The notes under the pieces are model-generated. The model saw only the letters and a program-made list of their open reading frames with translations. It searched no databases and was not told the DNA's origin. The position numbers and the translations under genes were made by a program. A DNA stretch of 64,000 nucleotides. Origin: Marsupella aquatica (Eukaryota; Plantae; Marchantiophyta). The stretch spans positions 27,105,254-27,169,253 of the forward strand of contig OZ316891.1 of the NCBI GenBank assembly GCA_973895155.1, given 5' to 3'. Each line of letters starts with the position of its first letter. Position 1 is the first letter of the stretch. Below, one piece after another: positions 13,193-24,901 of this stretch.

Positions 13193-16100
13193 GTGAAAAA
13201 CAAGCACGTGGCGCACGGCAGCGAAGAGCAAATGGCTATGGAGGGGAGCGATGGAGGGGCTGGGGGAGGGGCAGGAGCAGGGACAGGAATAGAATTCGGA
13301 GGAACAGCTGGAGGGCAAAGAGATGGTGGAGATGGAGGGTCAGGAGCCGGACAAGGTGGGGCTGGAGGAGCTATTGGGGATGGAGCAGGGCCATCAGAAG
13401 ACTTTGGGGAGATCATGGCTGCAATTTTCCATAAGCAGGTAGGGCTCTCCATAGAGCATGCGCAAAAGGTGGCTGCATTGACACAAGGATTGCTAGACTC
13501 TTCTAGGAGCATTGTTCTTGCTGAAGCTCAGAAAACATTTGAGGAGAGGCAGCGTACTAGGGAGAAAGAGAAGAAGAGGAAGAGAAGGGAGGAGAAGGAG
13601 ACTGTACCTGTGGAGGCCCTCTCACCACGAGAGAGAGAGAGAAGGCATTACGTAGAGAGGCACGGGCTGCAGATAGGAAAAGAGCCGAGGAGGAGAAGCT
13701 GCGAGCAGAGGAGAGAAGCAAGAGGCCAAAAATTTATTTGAATGAGGGAGGAGCTCCGAGGGCCAAGAGCTATAATCTTTTCAAGAGTCAGCTTGGGCAA
13801 GTACTTAGATCCCATTTTGGAGTGTTAGATTACTGGGGGAAGGAAAAGGAAGAAGAGAAGTTCAGAGTTCGTGAGCAGGTGAAGGAACGTTTTTGCAATG
13901 GCTCATTCATTGATGACAGGTTCTTAAACAAGAAAATCAGTCTATCCCTTGCAGACAGAAGGAATCACATCAGGTAGAAGCTGAGGAAGTACCTTGGTGA
14001 GTGCAAGGACAGTGAGGAGGTGATCAGGCAAAGAGGGTGCCCAAATGATATTCCTGTGGAGGTATGGCCAGCTTGGATTGAGACCGAGCTGCAGGTTCGA
14101 GCCTGGCAGGCAAGGAGATACTGGCAAGCTGAGCTAGAACTCCTTGCACTGAGGGCCCAGGCAGGGGAGACTTTTGACACCCGCCATGCTGATCAAAACC
14201 TGCAACATTGGGATGCAAAGTCAAATCAGCTTGGGGACCCTCCCTCACATATGCAAAAGGCATTGATTCGAGTTGAGAACAGGCCAGTAGTCACTCACAG
14301 AATGGGGCAGGGCGGGTTGCTGCGTCTCAAGGCAGAATTTGTAAGTAGACTCCACCTCCTCTCTCCAAGCTCTCCCCTCCATTCACCTAATCACCTGAGG
14401 CCCTTCTTTGCCTAAAGAGCCCCGGCCCAAAGTCCCCTCTTATTGTCAAGTCGTGCGGGCCCTGCAAGCGCGCTATGCATGTGATCAATAACTCCATCTT
14501 TTTTTGTCGGGGCCCTATTTCCGATTGTGGTCCGATAGTAGTAGAATCGGAAGGACAGTCAGAAATACTGCTATGGCTTTTTTGGACGTCGTGTCCGATT
14601 CCAATCCGACCTTGATGCTATCGGACAAACAATCGGAAAGTAATCGGACAGTTTGAATTTTCAAATTTTTTGACGGTTACCCTTGCGGATAATTGTGGTT
14701 GGTTCCATTGACCATTTAAAAACATGTTGGGGGTGATCCAGTGTGGATCTAATTGGGGTGTGACCCGGTGGCACTAATTGGGACTAATTTGGTTGCCGGT
14801 GCATTTTTTGAGGGGGGCAGGAGCGCGAGCATGGGCGACCATATTGCCAGAAGAGAGGGAGTTGGCTAAGAAACAAGGACCACGGGCTCTTCGGATTCAC
14901 TTGAAGGAGGAGTTGGGTTCGGTAAGGAGATTATTTTTAATGCAATGTCTTAATGGGGTGTTGAAATTTATTTCTAAAAAGCGTATACTAATTTGGGTGG
15001 TTGGTTGGATATATGCAGGGCTCAGACGAGGAGGGATCGGAGGGTGAGGACTCGGCGGACGAGGGCTCAAGGCATAGCAGTGGGGGATCCGGCAAATCTG
15101 ATTTAGAGTCGTCGGACCCAGAGGAGGGGATTGTGGCCATACCCCCTCCTCGCCGGTCCGATACAGTTAGGGGTAGTGCTAGGGCTCTTCAGTTGACCCG
15201 TCGTGGCCCTATAGCGGATGTTCGTGCGACACATACTAGGACCAGTAGGGGTGGTGCTAGTGGGACCCCTCACCAGCCTAGAGCCATAGGGGTTGGATCT
15301 AGTGGCAGACGTGACTCACGGGCTGCTGGCACAGGTGGTGAGGGTCCCCGGCGCCGGTCACGGGCTAGTGGCAGAGCTGATATTCGAGGCACTCGGCATG
15401 TGTCGCGAGATGAGCGACATGCTGTTGGTGAGTCTGGCCGATTAGAGCCTCATGGGGAAGGGTGTTCTAGAGGCTCACAGCACTCTGGTGCAGATGGGGG
15501 TGGCTCAGGAGGTTCTCGTCACTCAGGCTCGACAGGGGGTGGTGTTAGGGCCCCAAACCAGTCAGGAGGGAGTGGTGGTGTTGCTGGTGTCTCTCCCCAC
15601 TCAGGCCACATTGGGGGCGATGTTACTGCTCCTGGTCAGTCAGGAGGGAGTAGAGCTAGTGTCGGTGGTGTGTCTCACCACTCAGGCCGCATTGGGGGCG
15701 GTGTTAGTGCTCAGGGTCAGTCAGGAGGGAGTAGAGGGAGTAGAGGTAGTGTCGGTGTTGTCTCTCACCACTCAGGCCGCACTGGGGGTCGTTGACCTGC
15801 CCCTGGCCAGTTAGGAGGGAGTACAGCCGGTGGAGTTGGTGTCTCTCACCCTTCAACCCAGACTGGGGGTGCTCATATTGCCCTTGGCCATTCAGGAGGG
15901 AGCGGGGGTGGTACATCACGGCAGTCCGTTGGCAACGGGGCTAGTGGGGGTGGTGCAGCTTCCTTTCATACTTGCCATGCAAGTGGGGGGAGCGGACCTT
16001 CCCATGACTCCCTAGCGTCACATGGTGGTGGTGGTGGTGGTGGCGTGGGTCCAGTGCCTCCTATGACCTCTACACAGGGGCCAGATGTTGTGGACCAAGT

Positions 16101-16210
16101 CACCATGGACAAGCCCCCATTCACCCAGACTCCTGCCCAGACTAGTATTGTACCCCCACCACCTCGGACTCATTCCAAAAAGAGGAAGGGACGACATGCT
16201 CCATTTTGAC
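13193..16210 (+). pseudogene. Second (TnpA/Ptta-like) multi-exon gene of inner CACTA, divergent from the transposase
   Basis: Consecutive ORFs 13193-13741, 13738-13977, 14020-14415 (HRMGQGG motif), 15001-15795, with splice donors at 14341 (GTAAGT) and 14922 (GTAAGG). Contains stops and frameshifts; G/S/R-rich low-complexity tail. Confidence 0.6.
15480..15910 (+). repeat. About 60-bp degenerate coding tandem repeat (Gly/Ser/His-rich)
   Basis: Recurring CACTCAGGC..CA(T/C)TGGGGG...CAGTCAGGAGGGAGT...GGTGT.TCTC units. Confidence 0.75.
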
Positions 16211-16549
16211 TTAGACTAGCTTAGATAGATAGAGACATACTGCGTAGCGTTAGACTTAGACGAGATTAGGAGTTGGATGTGCTTACTTTTGTGATCCCAG
16301 TACTCGGATCACTCTTGTACATTTTGGGGTATGTTTCCCTTTTGGAGTTTGAGTACCCTTTGTGGCCATATATCCTTCTTGTGTTAATTACTTCTATTGG
16401 CATTGTCTTTCAAATAACCTCTTCAACATCTTCAACAAATCCCTCTATGTTGTATTGCGTAAATTCCCCCAAGAACCACCCTCAACCCCAACAGAAAAAA
16501 TCCCTACAAGAAACCAAATGTTGCAATGAAGCTAGGTCTTTCCCGAGTA

Positions 16550-16970
16550 ATCTTCCGATACTTCTCCTATCGCACCCCTCCATTGCTTCCGAATCCCTCC
16601 GTTTCATATGTTCCGATACAAATTATATGTCAAATTCCCATACCAAAACTATCGGAACATCCGTTTATTCCACCATCGCAATGTCCGATGGGGATTTTAA
16701 CGCAATATCCCTTGAAAATTCATACGGACAACTGTCGGACGACAAATCTTCACCTAGTGCAAGGAGAGGCTTCTTCGGGCTCTTGTGACATCGGACACCT
16801 AATGTATCCGATTGCAGGAGATATGCAATGTCCGATAGTATTGGTATCGGGTGGTCCAAAACAGGTCCGATGGTCCATATCCGATTATGGGAGTATCGGA
16901 CAGAGCGATGCAGTTAGAATCGGAAACCTCAAAAATGGCATCGCATTTTTCCAAAAGCGTCCGATGGTAT
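16550..16970. repeat. Right subterminal TCCGAT/ATCGGA array of inner CACTA
   Basis: Many direct and inverted copies ending just before the right TIR. Confidence 0.9.
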
Positions 16971-17151
16971 AAATATCGGTAAATGGCCCTAAAATGTACT
17001 AGTGATAGTGACTTCCATTTTTTGGTCTCAACTTTTGCAACTCCAAGGGTCACAGTGTGGGTCAAGTCACATTGAGTCACAATGAAGTCACATGAGCCAA
17101 AATGAGTCACATATTGCGGTCTCAGTTCACCTCGGATTCTTCTAGTCAGTG

Positions 17152-17500
17152 AGCATCAGATTGGCAAGGGCTAGGGATATTAGTGCTTCTGAGCACAGAC
17201 ATTGGATTGTAGGGGTGTAGGCAGAGTATCTTCTTTGGCTATTTTGCATGACTAGGGTTGCTAGGTGTTGGAATCTGGTGGTAGTATTGTTCTATGTCAC
17301 AAGGGTTCTAAGGCACACAAACTGAGACTAGATACTGTTACAATGGCTCTACTATAGTTTTAGCGTGTAGGGCTCTTTTAGGCTTTTTTCTTGGACTTTT
17401 TTGGCTTCTTGGTGGGACTTGTCCTAATGTAATTTTGGGTGTTGCTTGCTTCCCCCTGCCATGGGGTTCTCGCAATCCTATTTTATTTTATGTAAAGATA
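17152..17500 (+). mobile_element. Probable LINE 3' remnant
   Basis: 3' segment TTCCCCCTGCCATGGGGTTCTCGC resembles TTCCCCCATCCGTGGGGTTCACGC in the 3' UTR of the LINE at 24007-24901. Confidence 0.4.
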
Positions 17501-17647
17501 TTTTCCCAGTTTAATAGTTTAGTGAGGAAGACTAGCCTTTCATTTTTATAACTAGTACTAGTAGGGTTCAAATATCTGGCCACATATGACTGATCGATAA
17601 TGACAGAGCAAATGCAAAGGATGTGTTTGGCCATGTCTCTAGCTAGA

Positions 17648-20600
17648 TGTCACACAAACAATCTGGGCCTTAATTTTGGGTTAACGCTCTAGGGTGCACA
17701 TGTTTGGCCATGTCTCTGACTAGATATCACACAAACAATTTGGGCCTTAATTTTGGGTTAACGCTCTGGTGTGCACAATGTGACCACCAGTAAAGATGAG
17801 GTTTCGGGCAAGAAGGGGTGTAGTGGCCCGTATTAATCTAAGTCAAACTATATAGATTTATGTAGATATGGATATCATACGTATGTTTGGATTCCACCAT
17901 TGGAATACACCCATAGTCAGTGACTCAGACTAACTCCTAGCTTGGGGACTTACAAGCCATTGCCAACAACAAGAACTCCCAACGTATTCATGTGATGCCA
18001 ATGACATGGTCCTTATTCAATAATACGATGGAATTGGTATGTTGTACGCAAGAAGTAACTATGAGACTGCATAACAATCAGCAAGATGGCAAGAATAAGG
18101 GCAATCATGGCGTTTAGAGTAGGACTAGGGTAGTTTATGTTGAAGAGCGCACAGCCAAACCAGACATAACGGCAACAATCATTGTAAGGGCCACAAATAA
18201 TCAGCTGGAGGACAAGAGGATTAATTCACCTCCTCTACCATATTATCTTGTTGACAAGCGCAATGGAGCACGGAGGCTCTCCAAAATGCAGGGGCAAGGG
18301 CGGATATGGTAATAGGGAAACGAGTCTCCACAATTGAGAAAACGGCTATGTGGTATAATGGTTGTTCTCATGATGAAATCTGAATGCCTTGGGCGTGTAT
18401 CTTCATTTTGTTACTTAGGTTAGTGATTCATAATCTAGTATTAGTGTGTTAGGGAAATAAAAAGTTATTATATCACGGGTGGTTGGTGACCATATCTCTT
18501 TCAAAATGTCATCAAATCTGGATCTATAAAGAGCATTGGAAAGATCTAGTCAAGGTGAGTAAAATCAATATAAAACACTTAGGAAATGGAGGTGTATTAA
18601 GAAAAATTAATATTGCCTAATTAATTAGTGTCCTAAACTGCCTCCTCTACCTCGTTGGAGACTTTGTCCACCTCCGGTTGCGGACGCGCCACCTCCAGGT
18701 TGAGGTTACCAATTGTTTTGAGGTCGGCTTGATGCAGTGCCAACCACTTATCCCAATCAGTGATTATGGTAACTATTCACTTGCTGAGCAACTTGCACAA
18801 ACTGGTTGTTCAGGTTGGCCAGACTCTTAACATGAGTCACGGACTCCTCCTCAAGCCGAGCTACAATGGCCTTATGCGACTTAAGGTTCGCTTGAACCTT
18901 AAGTAGTTCTTAGTCTAGTCTATTCTGCTTGTCTAAGATGCTGACTAAGTCCCCTTGGTGGGCGGTGGCTGCAGACTCTAGGCGTTCCATGGTCATTTGG
19001 AGGGCCCCAATCTCATTCCCTTTGGCCATGAGTGCACGTCTAGCAAGAGGGCCATATGCCACGGGTGGTGATCCAACCTGAAGAAAGCCGATAATCGGAT
19101 TGCAAGTAGTTAGAGACCTGGTGGGCGATATACTCCACTTAGCTCCACGAAAGGTGTTGACTAAACTTTTTGGACCAGATCGTGGGCTAAGGTATCAGGT
19201 ACACTAAGTACTCGATCCTCCACGGTCTTTGGCAAGGGTCCTTCCATGGTTGGGGCTACTGCTTCCTCCATAGTTCGCATAGGAGAAAGAATGGGATCCG
19301 CAAGGGGTGGTGGAATTGGCGATGGTTGCGTTGGAGGCAGCAAGGACCTGTAAGGAGTAGGTTGTGATGGAGTGGGGGCACGGTTTACCCAAGCTGCAGT
19401 AGTCAGGGCCCACGATGTGCTAATACTGGGGGTGGGGCCGGCGTTGATCGAGATCGAGGTTGCAGTATTCTTCCCCCTAACCTTGCGTCCTTGCTTGTAC
19501 GGTCAATCTAGGACGATTGCAATGTGACTTCCTAGATAGGTTTTCCCACCAATGAATAGGTCTATCTTAGCCCATTTAAGCTCCCCAAAAAATTGGCGGC
19601 TAAAGAACTAAGCCCAATTCTGCCTCTTGCATTGCTCCACCTACATAACTGTACAGAGGGAGATCTTGGATCAAGGTTCGATCATGTGCATGGTGATCCG
19701 GATAAAGTTTAGTCGCCCCATACAAACCAGATTAGTACAAGAACCTTGCTTGTACCTGTTGTTTGTCTTGCCCTCTGGTTTGAAGTGTTGAGGGACATAC
19801 TCCTTATCTCGATAGACAAAACATCTGGGCCAACCGGTACTCCGAGAGGGACAAGGTTTGTCCCAACACCGTGGTGGCAGGTGTGTCAATGTCAAAGTTT
19901 GAGATGAACTCATGCATCTCCCTTGCCCCGAAGGCGATAGGCCTCTAGATTAACTAAGCAAATTTATGTAATTGATGCTCCTTTAGATAGTATGGGTGGG
20001 ACGAGTCCTTGATCGCCGCCTAGACCACCTTGAGAATGTGGACTATCTACGACAAGTTTTGCTGCAAGGGGGTGGGTCTCTTCTTGGATTGGGCATTGGG
20101 GGAGGGGTTGGCCGGGGCTGGAACTCATATGGGGATAGGTATAGTGTGTGCAAGCAATTCAGGTCCTTGCATCGTCCTAGCCCACTTCCATGAGCATTAC
20201 ATTAGGTGCGAAATATCTTCTCTGGTTGAGTCCAAAGAACACTATGCATTGTTCATAGCGCAAACCTGGGCCTGACTAGGCAAAACTCGCTTGGCCGGGA
20301 TGATAGGGTGGTTGGTGGTTGGTTCTGGCAGAGTAGCCATGTCCCAATTTAATGCATTGGAGCTCTCCCCAAGGAAGGTGAGATTCCGCATTGCCTCCCG
20401 TTGACAATTGATTTCTTCCGCCCTCCGCTTGGCTATAAGCTGCTGCTCTATGTAACCCGGGATCTTGTCAATCTCTGCCTGAGCCAGCTTCTGGCCGCCC
20501 TTCAACTTAAAATACTTTGCTGGTACAACTAAAATTGTCTCAGCTACCAACCGAAAGCCTTCTTTGTTGATGTACAACTTGGTAATGTAATCCCAAACCT

Positions 20601-21370
20601 TGTTATAGCTTGCGTCCTTGGTGAGTGCAACCTTCTCGCAGTTGATTTGTGCTTCCTTAATCACCAATTTAGCATATATACCTTTGCTTGCATGCAGCTT
20701 TCTTGAAGCAAGACTACCAATAAGTCTCAGATAGGTTGGCGCCTACCTCCCCAACCAGGGTCCAAAATCCGAGAGCGACAAGGGTCATACTAACCTTCTC
20801 ACTCTATTCATTGAGTTTGTCCCCTACGCCCATTTGTTGTCACAGTATTGTAGGTCTACAATCTCCCATGGAGAACTCCCAATCATCTTTGTGTGTCGCT
20901 CCGACTAAATCTCACTACAATGTGCGCTTGTCCTTTGGTTTCCTTGATAAAAGATGAGTTTGATCAAGAGCAAAACTGGAGAGCAAGAGCAAATTGACGG
21001 GAACCGGCAATGATGATGGCAAAGTGCAAGGTAGCAAATGAGTTGTCATGCCACCAAATGGGTTCTTATGGAAGTTCCTAGGCCAGCTTGGATGTGAGAA
21101 CATTGAGTATTGTCGGCCGCCATCGCTTGGTAGAACGCGACTGCCTTGGTCCAAGCATGAATTTCCATAAAAAACTTTTACCCTTCCGCCGCCATAGAGT
21201 AGCGAATGATTGTAATAGTGCACATTGAAATTGGCACTTGTGAAATTGACTAACCTATTCCTAGCCTAATCATAATTGAAAACCCTGCTATGCATATTGT
21301 TCCTAACTATACAAATACGGTCCTAATCTACTACTTGCGTCATGGTAAGTGGCACATTGCCTGTGTCACA
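17648..21370. mobile_element. 3.7-kb LTR-like element, diverged relative of 33643-37246, with a decayed minus-strand ORF
   Basis: TGTCAC...GTGTCACA ends; colinear similarity with 33643-37246 (e.g. CATAGTCAGTGACT...CTAACTCC..GCTTGGGGA; AAATTGACTAACCTATTCCTAG; ORF pieces DKIPGYI, YKQGSCTNL). About 76-bp tandem duplication over the left junction; no matching TSD found. Confidence 0.7.
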
Positions 21371-21438
21371 CAGTTAGACCAGACCATTGGGTATTATATT
21401 CAACTATTTTAGGTTATCATACGTTTCTACATGGTACA

Positions 21439-22924
21439 TGTGATGCCTAGACAGGAATCACTCGGCCGGTTAAGTGGGTAAAGCAGGAAGGCACCCTAGG
21501 AACACCTTAGTATAGTGACAAAACAAGGAAAATATAAACAATTAGGGGCAACCATGGAACCCGGGCAGGTGCCGGAAGTAAGTGGGAAGGGGAAGGGACC
21601 AGCTGCCGAGCCACCAACGAAGAAGAAGCGGAAACCTTCAGGGTCAAGGAGTAATACGACTTCACAGGCCGTGGTGATCAAGGAGGTAGACCCAGCACCG
21701 ACCCCAGACAGGGTCACGGCTAAGGATCCAACTACCCTAGGGGAAGGGGAGGCCGAAGCCGAGGGAGTGGCTGAAGCCGAAGCCGTGGGAGTGGTTGAGG
21801 CCGAAGCCGTGGGAGTGGCTGAGGCCGAAGCCGTTGGTATTGCCGAGGCCGGTGTCGAGGCTGAAGCCGAAGGTGGACCCAGTCAGGCCGATGGAGAGTT
21901 GACTCGGTCAAGGGCAGGTAATCTGTCAGTAGGCGGGCCAACGGCAGTGGCTAAGGAGGAAGTGTTGGGGGCGTCCATTGAGGATCCACCACCGGTGTCG
22001 TGACGGTGCAAGGGCGCCGTTCCTTTTAGGGAGGGCGGACGTGGAGGGAGGAGGCGTGAGTGGGCAGGGCAGGCGCGGATCTCCACGTTTAGGATTATGA
22101 TCAGAACCAGGAGCGGCCCTGACACTTAGCTTAGTGGGATTGCGGTCCCACTGGTAGGAGCAACACTTGTGCTCCTGCCTTGCTATACATAGGTAGATTC
22201 GGGCAAGTAGATTACTGTCAGGTAGATTAGGCTTACGATGCAAAGAATGGCGGATCCACTACCAGGATAAGTACCTGGGCAGCGGGGAGCTCAGGGCCTC
22301 TTCTTTAGCAAGTTTTTAGTTTGCACCAGCCGGGCTGGGATCAAGTAGTACGAGAAGCTCTCGGTTAGTCATACAGTGACCCTTGTGTATATTCATGTTT
22401 CCTCATGCCTAAGAGCTGAATAGAGTTGGCCTCACGGCTTAGTTCGCAGAACTTGTGTATGAGATGTACTGTTTGTATGGCAAGTGCATGGTATGACTCA
22501 GTCAGAATGAGTCATTTTGCTATTTGTGTGTCGCATTAACTTGTGTGAAGAGTGCCCACATCAACAGAAGGAAGGAAAGTAAGCAGGGGAGTGAGAGTTG
22601 GATGTGTCGAGCTGAGAGAGGTCTTAGCGGCTTAACCAAGCCTATTGGGGATCATTCCGGCGGCGGAATCCAAACATACCTAACAAGACGGAGGGGAAGA
22701 CAGGGGAAGACAGGGGAAGGCCTATATTAGGCCGGCTACGTATCTCATGACCCGATGAAGGATCTGTCCAGTATATGTGTGTAAAATGTTAATAGTAGTA
22801 GTAGAAGGTTAGCAGCGTCCCATGCCGCTAAGCCGCGGAAACGGCCTCGCCAAGCACGAAACCTGTGGGAATCGGCTTGAGCTGGGGGGTTTCTTGGGTT
22901 TAGGGAGCCATGGGACGCACCACA
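21439..22924. mobile_element. 1.49-kb solo LTR
   Basis: TGTGATGC...GCACCACA termini (7/8 inverted match) with perfect 5-bp TSD GTACA at 21434-21438 and 22925-22929. Contains ORF 21515-22003 with EAEAVGV repeats. Confidence 0.8.
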
Positions 22925-22988
22925 GTACAACATTCATGACCAACTCTAACTATTGGTCATTGTTGACATGGACATCTTGAGATTGGAA

Positions 22989-23274
22989 CTCGAGGGGTTG
23001 ACTATGAAAAATCTTAAGAACCACGTGCGATCCAAAATAGGTATTTTTCATAAAAATTAGCTAAATTTTTTTAAAGCGTAGGAAGCAAAAGAAGGTATTA
23101 TAAATCCAAATTGTAAAATATTCTCTAATATGTGCCTTTTATAAAGTAAAACAGGTCATTAATATTGAAAATAGAGAATACTTTTGGAATATTCCCATTA
23201 TAAATTAGGTGTGTTTATATTAGGCTAGGATCGCACGTGGTACCCCAAAATATACACTAAGTTAACCCCCCGAG
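22989..23274. mobile_element. MITE, short copy (TIR about CTCGGGGGGTTAAC), 8-bp TSD
   Basis: CTCGAGGGGTTGAC...GTTAACCCCCCGAG; TSD GATTGGAA/GACTAGAA (6/8); inner inverted repeat ACCACGTGCGATCC; homologous to 29320-29943. Confidence 0.8.
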
Positions 23275-24006
23275 GACTAGAATAGACTGGTCAGTCATAT
23301 TGAAGACTATGATCAAAGAAACAAGAGTCATAACTAGCCCACTATCTTGACTTAATTGCTAATAAAAGTAGTTTTGGGAGTCTCTGTGGAGTTGAGGCTC
23401 GTTCAATATATATTGGTAAAAATTCAGATTAGTTGTTTATTTGAGGCCTTTGTCGCTTCATTTGAGTTGCTCAAAAGACCCAACAAAAAAACAGAATTTC
23501 TTTTTTAAAAATTGAAGAAAAAGAATTGATGAAATCCCGCATTTGTACCATATGGATGCCGCCTATCTCAGCCGACCATACTAAGATGGGATGTCCTTAT
23601 GGTACGGACACCCATAGTGAAAAATGGAGAAAACTTCTTTAATTTTTCTCCTCAAATTTTAAGCAAAAATACTTTGGGTGGGGGTATTTTTTCCTCGTTA
23701 CAACTGAGCTGTCTCTCTAAGATTATGTGACAACTGATATTAGGTTGACATAATGGACTTGACAGATAATTGATGAGATTCCTATACTCGTATTATGCAA
23801 ATAAGTTTAGATGTGATTCTTGGTTAGGATAGAGTCTAAAGAATTTGAACTTCATTTTAATGATTTTAGTGGATTGTTGTTTGAGAAATCAAGAAAATCT
23901 AGATCTGAATTAGAGCTAATCATCAAGATGTTTGGAAAAATTTGTAGCTCAAAAATGGTTTCTTCACAACCAATTTGAGAGATCCTATTGTCAAAACTTG
24001 ATCAAC

Positions 24007-24901
24007 CTAAAACCTTTGTGTGGCGGATCTTGGCTCAAGGTCTCTTCTTGGGTTAGAGGGCCTTTGCAGATTGCAAAATTTGATGGGGTCTGTACACTAT
24101 GCTCAGGCACTGCCCACACATCTTCCTTGGGTGTAGGCATGCGGTCTGCTGTTGGAATGTAGCTAGCGAATGGCTGCAGGGTCTCTTGGTGATTGGTAGG
24201 GTGAGTATAGTTAGGCTCCTTCTATCTACTGTGGGGAAGACACCTTTGATCATGTTGCATACTTTCCTCCTGTGTCAGACTCTATGGTGCATTTGGCTGG
24301 CCAGGAATGGTCAGACTTTCGACAGATCCAAACCAAGGACTTTTAATCAGCTGCTGGTCTTCTCCAAAGCTCTTGATCATCTACATGCAATTGCTTCAGC
24401 ATCACCAATGAGTAGGAAACATTGGTGACTCACTCAGGCCAAACTGCTATTGGAACGAGAACAAAGCAGAATTCTGGGTAGCGGAGTCCGACATACTGTT
24501 ACACATTAATGAGCTGTGGTTCTTTGGTCCTACCAATTTTGTCTTAAACCCTTGTACGGGACACTTGCTTCTGGTTTCAGTACTTGGTAGACCTCACTCT
24601 TTAGAAGAGTAGTTGCCACCAGTGTTTACTTTTAGTCTACTGTAGTTCAAGTCTCCATTAGGCTTCACCGGAGACTTCTTTAGTACTGCCACGAGTTGCT
24701 GATTTTGTCCTGCATGGGCACAGAGTAGCTTGGCTCTAGTTATACTTTAGACGCTACCATCCATTGTATTACTTACTTTTGGTGGATGGATATCTTTTCA
24801 CCTTCGGGGCTATTTTTTTCCGCACTTGCTGGCCTGCCTGTTTCCCCCATCCGTGGGGTTCACGCGGAATAAAAGTTCATATTAAAAATAAATTAAAAAA
24901 C
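24007..24901 (+). mobile_element. 5'-truncated LINE (zf-RVT C-terminal region, 3' UTR, A-rich tail)
   Basis: C..C......HIFLGC......W and LWCIWLARN...F motifs; AATAAA plus A-rich tail; 12-bp TSD AACTTGATCAAC at 23995-24006 and 24902-24913. Confidence 0.85.

Larger units (their letters stand above)
6427..17004. mobile_element. Complete CACTA transposon (10.6 kb) carrying a SET-domain exon
   Basis: Perfect 14-bp TIRs CACTAGTACATTTT (6427-6440) and AAAATGTACTAGTG (16991-17004); 3-bp TSD ATA (6424-6426 and 17005-17007); TCCGAT/ATCGGA subterminal arrays; Tnp2 transposase inside. Confidence 0.97.
1..17151 (+). mobile_element. Outer CACTA/EnSpm transposon (left end outside window), interrupted by a second CACTA at 6427-17004
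   Basis: Tnp2-type transposase motifs at 1-1841, accessory ORFs at 2321-5711, GTCACA/TGTGAC subterminal repeats on both sides of the nested element (about 6210-6420 and 17008-17112), and a candidate right terminus ...CTAGTCAGTG (reverse complement CACTG) ending at 17151. Confidence 0.8.

Noticed and set aside
16273-16972. ORFs of 171 and 148 aa near the right end of the inner CACTA
   Set aside because: They overlap the TCCGAT subterminal array and show no protein-like features.
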